A stretch of DNA of 64,000 bases from Histomonas meleagridis 2922-C6/04-290x (Eukaryota > Protista > Parabasalia). The notes beneath the pieces are model-generated. The model saw nothing but the letters and a program-made list of their open reading frames with translations. It searched no databases and had not been told where the DNA came from. Below are positions 63,901 through 64,000 of the stretch, one piece after another (within the stretch, counting starts at the first letter, position 1; every line of letters starts with the position of its first letter). Location of the stretch: assembly GCA_020184695.1 (NCBI GenBank), contig JAANOX010000248.1, forward strand, positions 1 to 64,000, given 5' to 3'. A program made the translations under genes and the position numbers.

Positions 63901-64000
63901 TTGGTGATACAGGCGCAGCTGCAGAACATTTTGATTGTGTTCGTGATCATCGATATACAAAATAAGGAAGAAAGAAGTTCGATACTCGACATGAGATCGC
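51964..64000 (+). CDS. MDN1: Midasin/Rea1 (six AAA modules, linker, D/E-rich region, MIDAS domain); runs off the window end and is not in the ORF track
   Basis: Spot-checked in one frame: GPAGSGKT (~52730), GETGTGKT (~53595), GPTSSGKT (~54760), GETGTGKT (~55595), GPPGVGKT (~56520), degenerate GSTATSKS (~57390), acidic tract ~62100-63250, KMRGDFRTGKRLNMRKIIPFIAS, and MIDAS DNSLS. Confidence 0.96.
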   Translation, partial: MWENRVRCLCETFPGVFDGLLAGNDEDQIFQFIKSKILNENYWEEITKYFSPIILHLVSEICLDCVSDQNSNDLPVVILFSNLIYNFPSIEPLVHFFFSYKPAHASPHVREFEYLRSLFRIRSAIGDSLELKASFFIGLLDEQLPEDSSYYLTSLISIVQNLTEKEATSLISSKCQSDLQAQLFFTESQFISHKIEFVDFGPFSYETQFATSIEGVPFLRSLSSNQHSQITTTSPHAKYLALAMLTNKPVLVTGPAGSGKTTLIQQLASLAGVEVTSLHLGSAVDAKSLLGGYICGEVPGEFRWMDGPLTSAIRTNEKWIILEQIEEASSEVMAIISPLLSEKKLFIPGRSETIKAGYNMRIFATSFQQLESSLWSKIKVDFLEDDKLIEAILKKHPTVQVILDKIISSWKVCGLTYHELFRSCHRLEQFGLSPNKSVTNETYLAMYKTIVDTYTSHLSDIEKRLEYAIKIAEIWDLSRVEAEAYLLYDKPKLILNPFQIGSITLPFLNDPKPVTDFAPTFTSLHHMESVARAIDMSEPVLIIGETGTGKTTLVQFIASSIGAELTVINMHHQSDTLDILGGFKPVDLITLLQPIYDKFQILFKKSFSQEKNAQYLNLIDQKFGQKLWEQFLKGVVKASQNGLQKKNLNEDIKNEWKSLQTSALGFLSRNDFLVRDFAFGFVEGPLTTAYKEGKWILLDEVNLAPPETLLALAPIIDGYLTLPNGEIIKKHPNFRLFCCMNPATDVGKVNLPETLKHKFISIFTDETSSENDIKLILEQRKVNLQFHQIIYDFYTKAREMSKSVLVDGGGQRVLYSLRALTRAILYMNKAEPLFGPYRACYDALSMSFASPLSPESSERLLSVLNSMIQPIDKEIKKQEFQDLIEVEGFYLKKGPLPIKQRNDFILTPTAKHHLKLLAQAVFLRTSPILLQGPTSSGKTSIIEYLADITGHEFVRINNHEHTDMSEYIGGYSTSETGKFEFIDGALVRAIRNGSWVVLDELNLAPSDVLEALNRLLDQNNQLYVAETQTLINPAPSFMLFATQNPPGAYGGRKQLSRAFRGRFVEIHIDEIPPLELTNILIERCNTAPPFAKAMVQILLDLRRVRQFSQIFAGKHSFLTVRDLLRWAMRGPDTWQLVANEGFALLGERLRTKEERDIIQNTITKNCKIDINFNFQKPDIDDIDVVWTTGMIRSVGLLMKCVENKEPALLIGETGTGKTTSIQVISKLLNRNLRILNCHQHTETSDFIGAMRPSRNEDGKLFEWKDGSLVEAMKNGDIFLMDEISLAQDSALERLNSVLETGRTLAIAEKPEYEIVHAHENFFFVATMNPGGDYGKRELSPSLRNRFTEIWVPSIDSDEDLLEILSSNSTQEETKENVILFLKFVRFYTNLNKSLKNISLRDILQWIKFVDLRVSEGFSFNESYIHGAFMVFIDCISPNLRKECINFISDQLQIEITEFPHNVFYENDEMFIGSFKLPKGPLFDPNKTSKFIFNAPTTSQNLLRVGRAMQMNLPVLIEGPPGVGKTSLITSLGEILGFNVVRINLSEHTEMLDLVGSELPVEDEESGKFAWRDGAFLTALKNGDWVILDELNLASQSVLEGLNSCLDHRASLFIPELGCEFKCHPQFRIFGCQNPANEGHGRKSLPRSFLNRFIRVYVEELTSNDFEFIISNCYENINLELRQLMIKFMTKINELNLDFEFNLRDVFRFCELINNNITPQKALTLLFIYRIRTSIERNKVLNIAYEIFGKFDPNFTPFNISPNLIRIGDLIIERNGLYLPTNLIIHPTILPSIEAILTCSIMKWPGLIVGSTATSKSSITRLAAHIIGRKLVEFSMNSSVDTTELLGGFEQMDNHRCFEQLRSKIKLNDSISLSILESITTPEELYNFIITNATIFDEQIIKEANELIKRKNDPGRFEWVDGLLLQAMRNGWWIIIDNANLCPPAVLDRLNPLCEPGGYLTLNERGIVNDTIETIYPHENFRLFMTVDPHYGEISRAMRNRSIEIYLSNYQERQNDPLLIEECCSLGDDYGEEFYELIKKCEHQELMQLSSWNMISFSQFKKSTKVIQLGLDSVNFNIVTCELTTNQNKLTRSNSSMLNLKQHKTITSSYKFIPLSNTILLNILYDAQYIIQKGINPAAIKFFISQSRSNDFESRIIFSENWNEVYKIIHMFQDSDILQFNEDLPIDPLTWPKPIKTNSFLTHYLILTLNLEPKFIQEVQDIDIELNMSTLIPNFYNELIEQIKLGIQTNSIDFYTLVILYAINSFNNHNINSFPLFKFLNSLLKKSNLTLDITPITSIICPENSIEAKKYRKALGEPFSFKSEYTFNLWNEINQYWKDLYERSITSFISQSSSIITMLTTIINSQDIIVKDIEQIFNKLKEVPIEEINSISFIDQIENNDFDIIEEYKIINLATPYPSEILQELSIKSLIFNILKSIQNNEPINLLQYYNVPLDLISFVNSYNTTNNFIDLSFVLFELINQINKEVLVDISFSTLQTIIKRRETLIESTHSNRLKNDMYHLLKSIPILDHNIILTMLSNFINIEANKLSITNVDPTTFNETLYNFSVEKWSKISLLTEMDDSYYHMNISEFSKEILTQLQNEKEITNEIMFSRIGNNETLLNEQYNQQINLINNIYNKSIIKSKFRGSTSLQQFIKLKSIIKRIEIINDKDYAKSYDESSNSLIFEFPLYRDITIPLITTLRQLSFSILFNEPENSTIFSLPFTGEILIPQILETNTPYWPLTFTLIGRTNIIHPPLEFELPKLNTGFQTQSEEEKAAQQIEELFTKQKKDELNVLASCFIESILTPDLIQTDKLLKMYYKQIEKLKIEKPSIEEDISYLPILLYILSKHNNENKKEKINIYQKSSTEDIEELLRIITKILQIVNNLWPKYPGHDLLRRITKSADIILSKEIDTPLNDFLEELEILMNLIRNWQNKERDFGEILFPMVTLANKFLKLRLNSWKQIFETRRKVLQENIGRSFYLLLAELSECTIETIPQFFDSVRDFLEKSSIGLLASNIKLIEAFALYSLRLPVGKMIFSLLMNLIAKFKRFLPVIENYISTQIKPLEKKMKEFIDLQNWDINSDKKHFLKIDTVKRQLNKYCQENISIISYQFKQLIDQFSITISQETEIPYRGKSELDEKCDELLNNEKPLSDRVYEARRYANNVLEISSGENQKRKDLESVLILYGNPSLYGKDFERHNYLYGELLILLNRIRSLWATPHQDLITESRDILGLTENLIIYIIEKRTELFIEPFIYKNDYKFIYNQILYILNSFKNFENDKNITEAINKLNSLNQLQDLPIADIIQQLKDLTLLLKENYIHYSIFVFIQKSIEILTNIPEPIKQQSKTSQKKLNEHLSLLRFSVATLHIFSVALTEGYGNNNDEENNDEPQQCEGTDGIGLGEGKGDEDITNEIEDEDQLIGDNVNTNKDQQTEEDVNEEGGFEVEPEFEGGADINAQEEEEQMDDEMGDANTDEAMESRETKDDSKEADKEGELDTQNKEEKLNGDEESNGNSDIDDEDNKKKPNESEMELEEVEEDQFESDAAQWNENPEEIKMDIDDDRMIENNSEGNEEEEISDEVIEELPPDIEDEKDEFLGKTAPDKHNIENEEDECEDMEMEGEGKGEAPGEGTEGSGSDENENNEEEEDKKEENENDKLKDIEKELQIVERKLLNKNKKLKEGGEGGQIDNDTNEGIILPADEAEEHDPEKEVQENYEEKDNENEDKELNEENTTNIEADEYMTVERDTEGFTHIKFESLPNNQINNGNIYHNEFNVLPRTNITEEGRIRWQNVVNNTRESSADLCEQLRLILESTVSTKMRGDFRTGKRLNMRKIIPFIASGFRKDKIWMRRIQPDQRNYQIMLCIDNSLSMQDGVGELALQSVCLIIQSLTLLGIGELSVIKFGDVIEIVHQFGEQWNDETGSLMMDAFKFDEEKTKVDELLRALIDYLNDKKKNNAMQIVFIISDGLFSNKESVKDLVIQAQLQNILIVFVIIDIQNKEERSSILDMRS

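Overview
AT-rich, gene-dense, apparently intron-less eukaryotic DNA that looks parabasalid (Trichomonas/Tritrichomonas/Histomonas-like). The evidence is TCA(T/C)T initiator-like motifs just upstream of ATGs, M3/M5-like ribosomal-protein promoter motifs, BspA and ankyrin family members, and a Maverick-type integrase. The first ~7.4 kb is a mobile-DNA island with four parts: (i) the 3' end of a Maverick/Polinton-like integrase; (ii) a 1.6-kb element bounded by 66-bp perfect inverted repeats, carrying one frameshifted orphan gene and a duplicated right end; (iii) a GC-rich hairpin cluster; (iv) a ~3.9-kb endogenous CRESS-DNA-virus-like cassette. The cassette has an intact Rep (HUH endonuclease + SF3 helicase), a decayed capsid-like ORF, a decayed stand-alone chromodomain micro-gene, two copies of a common-region-like repeat, and an origin-like stem-loop with iteron-like repeats. 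From ~8.4 kb onward the window is host housekeeping DNA: ribokinase, YwqG-like protein, AAA ATPase, FKBP15-like protein, a CHD-like remodeler with a degenerate motor, CENP-X, CAF1, a kinase, an EHD-like GTPase, RPL23a, a 4-domain saposin precursor, IFT122, a PPP phosphatase, NAD(P)HX epimerase, RPL13, a Raptor-like protein with a minisatellite insert, a PFK-like probable pseudoenzyme, RPS14, an FHA-RING ligase, BspA, ankyrin pseudogene debris and a Cys/Pro repeat ORF. The window ends in a >12-kb midasin gene (51964 to beyond the window end) that the ORF track misses. No rRNA, tRNA or CRISPR array was recognised. All family calls are from motif recognition by eye; no searches were run.
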